Origin: an uncultured archaeon
Lineage (GTDB): Archaea > Asgardarchaeota > Thorarchaeia > Thorarchaeales > Thorarchaeaceae
Reading direction: 5' to 3'
Length of the DNA stretch: 64,000 bases
NCBI GenBank assembly: GCA_964558645.1
Contig: CAZLEV010000006.1
Span: forward strand, 124,263 to 188,262
Part shown: piece by piece, positions 17,298 through 27,298 of the stretch
Position numbering within the stretch: the first letter of the stretch is position 1
Layout: every line of letters starts with the position of its first letter
Made by a program: the position numbers and the translations under genes
The notes under the pieces: generated by a model
The model's input: the letters and a program-made list of their open reading frames with translations, nothing else
Databases searched by the model: none
What the model was told of the DNA's origin: nothing

Positions 17298-20063
17298 TCA
17301 ATACAAGTCTACAGGCACCCATATGGTTGTCCATGGAGCTGCAAATGTCGGTTCGCCGGACTGTATGTTGTCCCAGAACAGAAAGCGAATCTGATAGTTC
17401 ATCCCTGGAATCATCCTTAGGTCTTGAGGGTCTGAGGAGTTCAGTGGCAACAGGAATTCCACAGTCCGATTACCGATGGCGTATTCTGACGGGTTGGAGC
17501 CAGACGAGTCTGGTACCCAATCGCCTTCGAAGTTCACGTATCCGTCAAAATAGTCATGGCCATCATAATTCAAGATGCGGATGTCGGGACTCGAGAGGGT
17601 TCCGAGCTCGGATAGCTGAATCCCGAAGGCATCATTTTCGACGTCGAGCTGGTCCATCTCGATTCCGAAGTATACATGTGTGCCGTTGGCACGTGTGTAC
17701 ACCGTCGCCTCATAGCCGCCCCCGAAGACGACCTCAAAGGTGGCGAAGTTCTGCTCGAACGCTGAAACATTACCATCCATATCCACGTTGAGAGTACCCT
17801 TCTCAATGGGCCAGTCTGAATCGAGCTTGTTCTGATACTGTTCTAGCATGGTGTAGTCGATTTCATAGATTTTCACGAGACCGTATTCACCACTGGTGAA
17901 GACCAGATCAAATGCACCATAGAGACTCTGAGGAACATTGTTCTTCCAGCGTGTATCGGGATTGTTCTGCTCACTCAGATATTGCATGTCGGCCTGCTGC
18001 CGCGATTGAGGCAGGTTCATCTGGCCGAGCTCCTCCTGACTGCGTGGTTCTCCATATAGCATCAGTTTGTAGAGCGTTGTTTCGAAGAACGCATTCAGAG
18101 TGTAGTCGGTCTCAGTCTGAGGCGTATCAGGATTGTCACCGAGATAGGTCTTGTCGTCAATCACGGAACTTCCGAGGCGATCCTCAGCAATGCGCACCAT
18201 CCAAGGCCATTTCCCCTCGTCTCCACCGAAGCCCGATACACGATGGCCCCAATACACTAGGACATGCGACGCATTCCACTTCTTGAACGTTTCCAAGGAT
18301 GCTGTTAGGTTTCGCGCCATCATTGCATAACCCATGAGAGCTATCTGTGTGCTATTATGTGTAGAGTTGTCCACTATCGTTTGGGCACCCCCGGCACTGT
18401 TGATCCAGTAACCGTAATCCCACCAGCTTGCAATAGTAGCACTTGGAGGGAGAACATTTCGGATGAAGTTCATTGCCGTTTGCCAGTCGGTATTACTTGC
18501 ACCGGTAGAAATTTGGCCAGATGCAAATTCGGGCCTTCCTGCTTGATTTGTAGAGTAGTTCACACCGCCGAATATTGTCATTGAGAGTAGCAGTCCGACG
18601 AAAACATAGGCAGCAAGAGCGTGTTCTGAGGTTAGAGATGAACTCATTCGTAGTCGTCGTCGTTCAAAAACAGACTGCTGAGTGAAGATTCTGGAGAATG
18701 GGGATAGTATCTGATTCACAGCAATGGCTGATAGCACTGCAACTCCAGGGGCGAGGATAAGACCAAGACGAATCATACTCCCTGCGAAATACACAGCAGT
18801 GACCCCGTACAGAACAATCAGCCAGTCCTCGTCCTTTCCTCTCTTGAAGGCGAAGTACATGCCCAATGGGAAGAAGAAGATGAGAACTAGGAGGGTGTTA
18901 TAGAAGCTGCTCCATGGAGTTGGCATATGTTCTGCCACTGATGCGAATATCCTCTGGTCAAGCCTGTAGAAGGGGTTGATGACTGTCAGGAACTTGCCGC
19001 CAATGGTTAGAATAGGGTTTGCATTGGCCGTGGAAATATCTAGCTCGGAACCACTGGCATAGATGAAGTACGATGCTGCTGCAATCACAGGAGCACCTAT
19101 CGCGAGAAGTATGGGTTTCATGTGGGGCGAGAGTGCTTCTGCAGTGGTTTCTCTGTAGCTCTCCACCCTCAACCATATCTCATATATTGCCAATAGAGCA
19201 GCAACGCCGATGGGCACCAATGTTGAGAATTGCGTCAGATTGTTGAAGCCATTCCTCGGAACTAACCCCCCAATGAACATTCCAATAGAAACTGTGGTCA
19301 GATATGATGAGAGTAATCTCTTGCTGTAGCGACCTGCGACCAACAACACAAATGCATAGAGGGCAAGCAGGTCAAGAAGAAAGTCAGCTGCACCCCATGA
19401 AGCTAGGAGATATGCCAGAGACAGACCCGACCCAACAGCAGAGGGAAGGGAATTCCTTTTGATACTTCGGGTAAAGAAGAACATGGTAAGAACGATAGCA
19501 AATACACCGATACATTCGTTGTCATAGAATCCTACTATTGTTCTCTGTAGAAATGCAGGCATGAATCCCATGAAGAGTGCACTTAGAAGACCAACTGAAT
19601 TGTTCGAGATCTCTCGTCCCAGAAAGAAAGCTGCAATGGTTGTGAGCGCGCCCAGTAATGCTGGCATCAAGACCGAAACGTAAGTCACACTAACGGGTAT
19701 ACCAAGTCCATTTGCAGTAAAGTATAGGAAGGCACTTGTGAAGGGCACTCCAACATAGGTAGTCCTACCTATCTCTCTGCCAAAGGGCACCCAGGTATAG
19801 GCGTCGTGCCAGCCAAAATACGCACCGTATCCGTTTTCGACTACATACTCGGTCGCCTTCAACTGAAACCATGGGTCAAATGCACGGACAATAGGTTGTG
19901 CATCAATAAGAGGAACAAGTCTCAATGCTAGAGAAGCTATGAAGATGATAGTCAGCGTAACGGCAATGATGATGGATCCTCGTGAAATCTTTGCTTTTGG
20001 CCTGTGGAATGCTCTTCTCAGAAACCTTCCAGTTGACCGCTTGTATTTGTTGAACTTAGACAT
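17298..20063 (-). CDS. aglB: Oligosaccharyltransferase catalytic subunit STT3/AglB with C-terminal extra beta domain
   Basis: FDPWF, DNE, SVAEH, WWDYG, DNSTHNSTQI, DEGKWPWMVRIA. Confidence 0.97.
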   Translation of the reverse strand: MSKFNKYKRSTGRFLRRAFHRPKAKISRGSIIIAVTLTIIFIASLALRLVPLIDAQPIVRAFDPWFQLKATEYVVENGYGAYFGWHDAYTWVPFGREIGRTTYVGVPFTSAFLYFTANGLGIPVSVTYVSVLMPALLGALTTIAAFFLGREISNNSVGLLSALFMGFMPAFLQRTIVGFYDNECIGVFAIVLTMFFFTRSIKRNSLPSAVGSGLSLAYLLASWGAADFLLDLLALYAFVLLVAGRYSKRLLSSYLTTVSIGMFIGGLVPRNGFNNLTQFSTLVPIGVAALLAIYEIWLRVESYRETTAEALSPHMKPILLAIGAPVIAAASYFIYASGSELDISTANANPILTIGGKFLTVINPFYRLDQRIFASVAEHMPTPWSSFYNTLLVLIFFFPLGMYFAFKRGKDEDWLIVLYGVTAVYFAGSMIRLGLILAPGVAVLSAIAVNQILSPFSRIFTQQSVFERRRLRMSSSLTSEHALAAYVFVGLLLSMTIFGGVNYSTNQAGRPEFASGQISTGASNTDWQTAMNFIRNVLPPSATIASWWDYGYWINSAGGAQTIVDNSTHNSTQIALMGYAMMARNLTASLETFKKWNASHVLVYWGHRVSGFGGDEGKWPWMVRIAEDRLGSSVIDDKTYLGDNPDTPQTETDYTLNAFFETTLYKLMLYGEPRSQEELGQMNLPQSRQQADMQYLSEQNNPDTRWKNNVPQSLYGAFDLVFTSGEYGLVKIYEIDYTMLEQYQNKLDSDWPIEKGTLNVDMDGNVSAFEQNFATFEVVFGGGYEATVYTRANGTHVYFGIEMDQLDVENDAFGIQLSELGTLSSPDIRILNYDGHDYFDGYVNFEGDWVPDSSGSNPSEYAIGNRTVEFLLPLNSSDPQDLRMIPGMNYQIRFLFWDNIQSGEPTFAAPWTTIWVPVDLY

Positions 20064-20246
20064 GCAGAGTGCTCTCTCCGTTCTGACTCGAATCCAACGG
20101 AGCAGATTTAGGACGTGCTAAAAAGGTTGTGTTTGGAGGTAGAGGTGTACTACCTAGTATGACCTATTGGCGGCAAAGAGATTGGATTATTGAAAAGAAG
20201 AGTGGTGATGGCCGACCACAGAAGGCCATCAGTTACTATCTGGAGA

Positions 20247-20633
20247 TTACTCCTCGATGAACTCGGCGTATGCTTTTGCGTCCATGAGTTTCTTCAGTTC
20301 CGCATCTAGGTTGGAGGGTTTAATCTTGAACATCCAGCCCTTACCATAAGGGTCTTCATTGACAATCTCTGGAGCATCCTCCAAATCGCGATTGACTTCA
20401 ACAATCTCACCGGAGAGTGGAGAGAATATGTCAGAAGAGGCTTTCATGGACTCTACCAGACCAATCTCATCACCCGCATCAACAGCAGTACCTTCTTCGG
20501 TTATCTCCACAAAGGTTATCTCGTGTAAAGAGTTCTGTGCGTGGTCTGTGATTCCAACCACGGCTATGTTGTCCTCAACTCTCACCCATTCGTGTTCTTC
20601 GCTGTATACTAAATCATCTGGAACTTTCGTCAT
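20247..20633 (-). CDS. gcvH: Glycine cleavage system H protein
   Basis: HEWVR, VGITDHAQ, VESMKASSD lipoyl-Lys, NEDPYGKGW. Confidence 0.97.
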   Translation of the reverse strand: MTKVPDDLVYSEEHEWVRVEDNIAVVGITDHAQNSLHEITFVEITEEGTAVDAGDEIGLVESMKASSDIFSPLSGEIVEVNRDLEDAPEIVNEDPYGKGWMFKIKPSNLDAELKKLMDAKAYAEFIEE

Positions 20634-20689
20634 ATGGCTCCACCAACTAAGCAAGTCTGAACTTCTGACTCATTTAAATGACTTCTCAT

Positions 20690-21835
20690 TCAGTCCTTTC
20701 GGCTCTCGCCGTATTCATCCTGGTCGTAGAATGGCCATTGAGTAACTCTGGCTTTCCTCATGCGGCCTTTGATATCAACTTCGATGGAATCGCCTTCTTC
20801 AACCAGATCTGGCTTTACGTATGCCATACCAATTCCATTTCTGAGCACTGGAGACATGGTACCACTGGTCACTTCTCCAATCTCCTCTCCATTCAGAACC
20901 ACGGGATAGTGCTGTCGAGGTATTCCTCGGTCAACCATGACTAGTCCAATGCGGGTCTTCTCAACACCTTCCTCCTTCTGTTTCCGCACGATATCATAGC
21001 CAATATAGTAAGGGTCAACCTTGAACTTAACTGCGTAAGGAATCCGGGCTTCGATGGGCGAAGTTTCTTCGTCTAGTTCATGTCCGTAGAGAACGAAACC
21101 TGCCTCTAGGCGAGCAGCATCGCGCGCGCCCAGACCACAGGGCTTGATACCAAATTCAGCCCCCAAGTCGAGAATCCCCTCCCAGAATGCAGTGGCCTTC
21201 TTCTTTCCGGCGTTGTCAAATGGTGTGTTTAGAAGAAGAATCTCACCACCTGCTTCGCCAGTATAACCTGTCCGACAGAGATAGCATTCTTCATTGAGCA
21301 GCTGAACCTTATGTGCACTGAACCGGGGCTGGTCTGAAACGTCATGTTCACCCATTCTTGAGAGGAGTTCCAAGGCCTCTGGCCCTTGGACAGCAATCAT
21401 CACTATCTCACGTGATTTGTCCTGAACCTCTACGTCAAATCTGCTCCGATGTTGAAGCATGTGTGCCCATATCTTGGGCCCATTAGCCGCATTAGTCACC
21501 CAGATGTATTGGTCCTCAGCAACCCTGTACAACATGAGATCGTCTTGAGTTCCACCATGCTCGTTGAGACAGGTCGAATAGTGACCATCATTTACATTCA
21601 GTTTCTTGACGTTGTTTGTTGTCAGATATTGAAGGAAATCTGCAGATTCAGGACCCTCAATCATAAAACGAAACATGTGACTGGTATCGAAGATGCCAAC
21701 CTGCTCGCGCACGGCCATCGTTTCTTCTCGGATGTCCGTGTATCTTACCGGCATCTCCCAGCCAGCGAATTCAACCACGTTCCCATTTGCTTTGTGCCAG
21801 TCATAGAGATGTGTTCGCTTTGGTTCCTTGGTCAT
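20690..21835 (-). CDS. gcvT: Glycine cleavage system aminomethyltransferase T
   Basis: FAGWEMPVRY, FDTSHM, RTGYTGE, GLGARDAARLEAG. Confidence 0.97.
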   Translation of the reverse strand: MTKEPKRTHLYDWHKANGNVVEFAGWEMPVRYTDIREETMAVREQVGIFDTSHMFRFMIEGPESADFLQYLTTNNVKKLNVNDGHYSTCLNEHGGTQDDLMLYRVAEDQYIWVTNAANGPKIWAHMLQHRSRFDVEVQDKSREIVMIAVQGPEALELLSRMGEHDVSDQPRFSAHKVQLLNEECYLCRTGYTGEAGGEILLLNTPFDNAGKKKATAFWEGILDLGAEFGIKPCGLGARDAARLEAGFVLYGHELDEETSPIEARIPYAVKFKVDPYYIGYDIVRKQKEEGVEKTRIGLVMVDRGIPRQHYPVVLNGEEIGEVTSGTMSPVLRNGIGMAYVKPDLVEEGDSIEVDIKGRMRKARVTQWPFYDQDEYGESRKD

Positions 21836-21922
21836 CTTGTTTCACCACGAGCTGTGTATGGGGGTCAAATCCGCTATGTTTTATCTTCTTCCATGTGTCA
21901 TCTATGATAGAGGTCTTCCGCA

Positions 21923-23143
21923 TTGCATGATAATACTGTCGATATCAGTGGGCTCTTGATAGGCAACAGATATCCAGCAAGAGTTATGGGCGTCATCAAT
22001 CTTTCCCCTGAATCGTTCTACAGGGGTTCTGTACAGCAGAGCGTTGAAGAGGTTGTTTCCACAGCAATTCAGATGGAGAAAAATGGGGCGGATATGATTG
22101 ACATCGGGGGCACATCTACCGCACCTAAGGAGATTTATGGAACGCAGGGAACCAGCATTGAAACAGAGCTAGAACGTGTCAAGGGGGCCTTGCAAGCCCT
22201 GGATGGAAATGTGAGCATCCCCATCTCGGTAGACACTACGTCCGCAAAGGTTGCAGAGATGGCATTGGAGCTTGGCGCAGATGTTGTGAATGACGTCACT
22301 GGATTTCAGAGAGATGCTGAGATGATTGACGTGATTCGTGAGTATTCGGTTCCTGCGATAGCTATGGCTCACTGTGAACCACACTGTCAAACATTGGCTG
22401 CCAGCATGGACGCTCTCAGGAAGAGCCTGGAGATTGCTGAACAGAGTAATGTCGAGGCCAGTCAGCTAATACTGGACCCTGGTGTTGGATTTGGAAAACC
22501 CACAGAGGCAGATCTTCGAATTATTAGATTCCTTAATCGATTCGTGATGCTTGGGAGACCCTTGCTTGTTGGTGTTTCACGAAAGGCCTTTGTTGGAGAG
22601 ATGCTAAATCAGGAACGTCCAGAGGACAGGCTTGTTGGTAGCCTTGCGGCCACAGCAATTGCTGTTTCAAAGGGTGCATCTGTCATCAGAACACATGATG
22701 TCAGAGAAACAGTCATGCTTCTCAGAGTGAGTAATGCAGTAAGAGGCAGAGAGGAGTTGCAGACAGAGAGGGCCATGTTGCTTGATGTGGAAGATGAGTC
22801 AGGTATCGAAGTGCTACTAGAACGAGTGGGAACACGAAGCGATATAAGAAACGCTCTTGCGAAGAAAGGAGTTATGCTGACGGCCCTGTTGAAAGACATC
22901 ACGGTGCCAGGGGCGCTGATACTGAAGCAGGAAATACTTGCACTGGGGGGTGATGCAGCCTATCATCATGACACCATCGACTTTGAGAGGAAGAAGACAG
23001 ATGTCTTGCTCATGGGTACTGTACTCCAGATCGGGCGACTCTCCTCGAAAATAAGGGGTATGGACTACTTCGGACTGCCAAGGATTGGGCAAGATTTACA
23101 GATGCTTCTGAAGCAGAGGATGAAAGAGATGTGTAGAGCATGA
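21923..23143 (+). CDS. folP: Dihydropteroate synthase with C-terminal accessory domain
   Basis: MGVINLSPESFY, ISVDT, DPGVGFGK, GVSRKAF, IRTHDV. Confidence 0.93.
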   Translation: MHDNTVDISGLLIGNRYPARVMGVINLSPESFYRGSVQQSVEEVVSTAIQMEKNGADMIDIGGTSTAPKEIYGTQGTSIETELERVKGALQALDGNVSIPISVDTTSAKVAEMALELGADVVNDVTGFQRDAEMIDVIREYSVPAIAMAHCEPHCQTLAASMDALRKSLEIAEQSNVEASQLILDPGVGFGKPTEADLRIIRFLNRFVMLGRPLLVGVSRKAFVGEMLNQERPEDRLVGSLAATAIAVSKGASVIRTHDVRETVMLLRVSNAVRGREELQTERAMLLDVEDESGIEVLLERVGTRSDIRNALAKKGVMLTALLKDITVPGALILKQEILALGGDAAYHHDTIDFERKKTDVLLMGTVLQIGRLSSKIRGMDYFGLPRIGQDLQMLLKQRMKEMCRA

Positions 23144-23853
23144 TGGACTGGTCCCAATGGAAACCGATCTATGGAACTATTGCTGAGAGGCTTGGGCTTG
23201 ATCCAGAAGAGGACAGGAAAGCGACTCAATTGCTGACACGCCTGCTCCGGGAAACAAGTCCAGACCTGCTGCTGCGCCGACTCCGAGGGCTGATCAAGGG
23301 GCAGAGCGTGATAGTATGTGGTGCAGGACCGTCGTTGGAGAAGCATCTTCTCCGAATCAGGAGTGACTTGGACTTGAAGAAAGCAGTACTTGTTGCTGCC
23401 GATGGTGCCGCAGAGGGGATGGTTTTTTTTGATATGAAACCAGATGTGGTTGTAACCGATCTTGACGGAGATCGTGGCACACTTCGGCAGTTAGCAGAAG
23501 ATGGAGCAGTTGTCATTGTCCATGCACATGGAGACAATATGGCCTTGGTCAGACGCATCACTCCTATTCTTCCTCCAGTGCTCGGAAGCACCCAAGTAGA
23601 GCCGACGGACAGAGCATTCCTCTGGGGCGGATTCACTGATGGAGATAGGGCATGCTATGTGGTGGCAGAGTATGAGCCTTCAATGATTGTTTTGGCTGGA
23701 ATGGACTTTGGCGATTACGTCGGAAAATGGTCAAAGCCTGATGGATTACAATCACAGCTGGCAACTGAAAATAAGAAGGAGAAGCTGAGAATAGGAAGGG
23801 AACTCCTGAAGCGACTCATTGCATCATCAGAAATCAAGTTCACCAAGTTGTGA
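23140..23853 (+). CDS. mptE: 6-hydroxymethyl-7,8-dihydropterin pyrophosphokinase (MptE-like)
   Basis: GAGPSL, AADGA, VTDLDG, HAHGDN, GGFTDGDRA, GMDF. Confidence 0.93.
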   Translation: MMDWSQWKPIYGTIAERLGLDPEEDRKATQLLTRLLRETSPDLLLRRLRGLIKGQSVIVCGAGPSLEKHLLRIRSDLDLKKAVLVAADGAAEGMVFFDMKPDVVVTDLDGDRGTLRQLAEDGAVVIVHAHGDNMALVRRITPILPPVLGSTQVEPTDRAFLWGGFTDGDRACYVVAEYEPSMIVLAGMDFGDYVGKWSKPDGLQSQLATENKKEKLRIGRELLKRLIASSEIKFTKL

Positions 23854-23877
23854 GAGTGCCCACTTGCGCCCTTCTCC

Positions 23878-24291
23878 TCAATACTTCATTCCAAAGAGGT
23901 ACGTGATGATAAGGAAAGCAGAACCTGCGAGTATCGCTCCCAGTATCATCAGTCGGGAAGCATAGCCAGGCTGAAGGACGTACTTGGATGAATAGTAGAC
24001 TAGTCCAAGACCTAGAGTGCCCATGAAGAACACTACTGAGGTAACGATCCCCTCCATACCAAGCTGAACTTCAGGAGTTGGAGCAATCAGGATGGGTGTA
24101 CCACCAGAACCAGTAGCAATAGGCGGCGGGGTCCTGACAAGTGTGTATATATTCCCCCCAAGCACAAAGAGGACTACTATAAACATAATGCCAAATATGA
24201 AAATGTCAGGTGGACGGGTCGGTGCAGTAAAACGCGGTCTCGTTAGTCTGACTCTTGGTTTGACAATGAGCCGTAGCCACCGTTGGGTCAC
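23878..24291 (-). CDS. OST3/OST6-family, OSTC/DC2-like oligosaccharyltransferase subunit
   Basis: Three TM helices; GGNIY..V..PP, Q..MEG..S..F.MG.LG and terminal MK pattern recall eukaryotic OSTC/DC2. Confidence 0.75.
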   Translation of the reverse strand: MTQRWLRLIVKPRVRLTRPRFTAPTRPPDIFIFGIMFIVVLFVLGGNIYTLVRTPPPIATGSGGTPILIAPTPEVQLGMEGIVTSVVFFMGTLGLGLVYYSSKYVLQPGYASRLMILGAILAGSAFLIITYLFGMKY

Positions 24292-24445
24292 TTCTTGTTA
24301 CCTCAGCGCATCTCTTTGGAGGTCCTCTTTTAAGACTATCGTGGTATGAACTGATGTACTAGAGCTGTCGGCTGCCAACAGATAAATTAAGCGAGTGCCA
24401 AGCGAAGAAACCTTACACTGAGAGTGAACCATACTGTCCAAGATA

Positions 24446-26536
24446 ATGGTGATATCAGAAAAACCAATGGCTGCCAAGAAGATAGCGGATGCCCTTGATG
24501 AATCCGGAGCGCCACAAGAGATCAAGAAAGGAAAGATTTCCTATTTTCAGTGCATAAGGGGCAATGATGTGCTACTTGTCGTCTATGCATTGGGTCATCT
24601 ATATGAACTCAAGCAGACCAAAAAAGGATGGAAATATCCGAGACTAGAAACTGAGTGGGTTCCCAAGTACGAAGTTGATAAGAAGGCTAAGAATGTCAAA
24701 CCCATCATCTCCCTCATCAAGAAGCTGTCAAAGGAGGTGGAGAGGTATGTTGTGGCAACCGACTATGACGTCGAGGGGAGCCTCATCGGTTATCTCACGC
24801 TCAGATACGCATGCAAGAGCGATGCTGCGAATGCGCAACGGATGCGATTCTCAACTCTCACCAAGAGGGACCTCCAGGTCTCCTACGATGAACAGCTGAG
24901 CAGCCTCGATCTCCCAATGATAGAATCAGGACATGTGAGGCATGAAATCGACTGGTTATATGGCATAAACCTGACCCGTGCTCTTACACTAGCAATCAAG
25001 AATGCATCGGGCTGGTTCAAGATAGTATCTACAGGCAGAGTACAAGGCCCGACACTTGCCTTTGTAGCTGAGCGGGACCAAGAAGTGAATGTCTTTGTGC
25101 CACTGCCCTACTGGATAATAGGGACCACCGGATTGTATGAAGGAACGGAACTAGAACTTGAATACTCGAGGAAGAGGATTGACCAGAAGACTGAGGCTGA
25201 GAAGATTGTTACAGCAGTCAAAGGAAGAACAGCAGTAGTTCAAGACATCAAGAAGAGAGAGATATCTCAGTCAGCCCCGCCCCCCTTCAACCTGAGTTCG
25301 CTTCAATCAGAGGCTTATCGACACTTTGGTTTTAAGCCAAGTCGCACACTCGCGATTGCTCAGAAGCTGTATCTTGATGCACTCATCTCCTATCCACGAA
25401 CAAGCAGTCAAAGAATACCAGAGAGTGTGGATGTCAAGACTATTCTCGAATTGCTCGAAAAAATGAGAAACTACAGGAGTATTGTGAAGACCATAGTGAC
25501 TGCCGGGAACTTGGTGCCACAGCAGGGGGAGAAGTCGGATCCAGCACATCCAGCCATTCATCCAACAGGGGAGAAGGCAACAAGAAAGCTCACTTCTGCC
25601 GAGAAGCAATTATACGATCTAGTGGTCAGAAGATTCTTGGCTGCATTTGGGGAGAACTCGGTAAGACAGTCCATTAGGGCCGATGTTCATTGTGAAGATC
25701 ATGTATTCTACTTGAGAGGAATAAAGACACTGATTGAAGGCTGGACGGAATTCTACGGTCAGTATGCCTCCCGGGAGGAGAGAGAATTACCACCATTGGC
25801 CGTAGGTAGCAAGATAGAGATTGCTTTTGTTCAGGACGAGGAGAAGAGGACTCCACCGCCATCACGATACAATCCCTCTAGCCTGCTCAAGACTCTCGAA
25901 AGAGAAAAGTTGGGTACAAAGGCCACTAGATCAGGAATAGTTGACTCGTTGAAATCACGCGGGTATGTTCTCAATGAGCGGTTTGAGATGTCAACCCTGG
26001 GATATGCCGCTTATGAAACCCTCCAGCGCTATATTCCGGAACTACTGTCAACGGACTTCACCCGAAGACTTGAACAGCAGATGGAAGAGATTCAAGAGGA
26101 GGGATGTAGCCGAGAACAGGTCTTAACCAATGCCAAGAAAGAGCTTGCCGGATTGCTGAAAACGTTCAGCGAGCAAGAGGAGAGAATTGGGCAAGATCTT
26201 GTTGCAGGGTTGAAACGCTACTGGAGAGAGAAGGAGGAGATTGGGGCATGTCCAAAGTGTGATGACGGAACACTCCTCATCATCCGCTCACCAAAGAGTG
26301 GAAAACGCTTTGTCGGTTGTTCGAATTACCGTAAAACAGGTTGTGATCAGACCTATCCGTTGCCTCAGAAAGGATTGATACAACCTCTTGAGGAGAAATG
26401 TGAGTACTGTGGTCATGCTATGCTCAAGGTGAGTTCAAGAAGACGCTCATGGGAAACCTGTGTGAACTGGGCAGACTGCCCGGGCAGACAGGAAGATCTT
26501 GAGGAACTAGAAAAGAGGAGGAAGGGTAGTGACTAG
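24446..26536 (+). CDS. topA: Type IA DNA topoisomerase
   Basis: ISEKP, ATDYDVEG, STGRVQGP, LISYPRT catalytic Tyr, GTKATR, C-terminal Zn ribbons. Confidence 0.97.
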   Translation: MVISEKPMAAKKIADALDESGAPQEIKKGKISYFQCIRGNDVLLVVYALGHLYELKQTKKGWKYPRLETEWVPKYEVDKKAKNVKPIISLIKKLSKEVERYVVATDYDVEGSLIGYLTLRYACKSDAANAQRMRFSTLTKRDLQVSYDEQLSSLDLPMIESGHVRHEIDWLYGINLTRALTLAIKNASGWFKIVSTGRVQGPTLAFVAERDQEVNVFVPLPYWIIGTTGLYEGTELELEYSRKRIDQKTEAEKIVTAVKGRTAVVQDIKKREISQSAPPPFNLSSLQSEAYRHFGFKPSRTLAIAQKLYLDALISYPRTSSQRIPESVDVKTILELLEKMRNYRSIVKTIVTAGNLVPQQGEKSDPAHPAIHPTGEKATRKLTSAEKQLYDLVVRRFLAAFGENSVRQSIRADVHCEDHVFYLRGIKTLIEGWTEFYGQYASREERELPPLAVGSKIEIAFVQDEEKRTPPPSRYNPSSLLKTLEREKLGTKATRSGIVDSLKSRGYVLNERFEMSTLGYAAYETLQRYIPELLSTDFTRRLEQQMEEIQEEGCSREQVLTNAKKELAGLLKTFSEQEERIGQDLVAGLKRYWREKEEIGACPKCDDGTLLIIRSPKSGKRFVGCSNYRKTGCDQTYPLPQKGLIQPLEEKCEYCGHAMLKVSSRRRSWETCVNWADCPGRQEDLEELEKRRKGSD

Positions 26537-26795
26537 TCAAGAGAAACCACCACAGGAACAGTGTTCCGTCTGCGGAAGACCAACGAAATCGTTCTTCTTC
26601 TGTGAGTATCATAAGACTGCACTTCATAACCTTAGAGACGCCTTCGCGACCTGGCAAAACGCCCTGTCTATCGATTGGGCAACATTCTTGAAAACAATAG
26701 AAGAGGCTGATGAAACAGGCGACTGGGTACTTGAGGTGATTGAATTCATCAGGTCAGAAGACGCTCCTTCAGACTTGATACAACCTCCATCATAG
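26529..26795 (+). CDS. Small Zn-finger hypothetical protein
   Basis: CSVCGR...FCEYH; overlaps topA stop, suggesting translational coupling. Confidence 0.7.
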   Translation: MTSQEKPPQEQCSVCGRPTKSFFFCEYHKTALHNLRDAFATWQNALSIDWATFLKTIEEADETGDWVLEVIEFIRSEDAPSDLIQPPS

Positions 26796-27105
26796 TAGTG
26801 CGGTCGAATTCACTTACGGCAACGATTGCCATACATGGCTGACCAGTCCACGCACTGATACGTTCCGCAATGGTCCGAACGAGAGTGGTATCGACACCCA
26901 TAGTGAACAGTCCGGTAGAAGTTGGCCCTGAGTGACCTGTGCCCGACGGGATAGCAACTGCAGAAGGGCCAATCTTGTATCTGTTTGAATCAGATATCAT
27001 GACCATCAAGCCGTTCTCCAGCTCCATCATGCGGAAAATGAGTTTCCCCTTGCTAGTTTCTGCTGTGAAATCACTGATGTTACTCGGCAATTCAGTCTCA
27101 CTCAT
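26749..27105 (-). CDS. Proteasome assembly chaperone PAC4/PAC3-like protein
   Basis: 118 aa; AVAIP...PTSTGL...IAERIS..TGQP pattern recalls PSMG4. Confidence 0.55.
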   Translation of the reverse strand: MSETELPSNISDFTAETSKGKLIFRMMELENGLMVMISDSNRYKIGPSAVAIPSGTGHSGPTSTGLFTMGVDTTLVRTIAERISAWTGQPCMAIVAVSEFDRTTMMEVVSSLKERLLT

Positions 27106-27298
27106 TCTGGATTCGCTCGCCGAGGAATATCAGAGAGATTGTAAATAAACTAGCGGGATATACGGCAGTCATGGTGGAACTAGACGGGTCTGATCGCCTA
27201 TCAGGAAGCTCAGATACCTGTCTAACTCACCGAATGGTATGGGCTGATAGAACAACAGTGTTATCAAGCTCGGTAATTCGATTAGCGCTGGAAAGAAG

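Noticed and set aside
27106-27298. Possible C/D box sRNA in the intergenic region before xpd (also 37841-38055, 55520-55557)
   Set aside because: CTGA motifs are present but there is no convincing C box with terminal stem; cannot be supported by eye.
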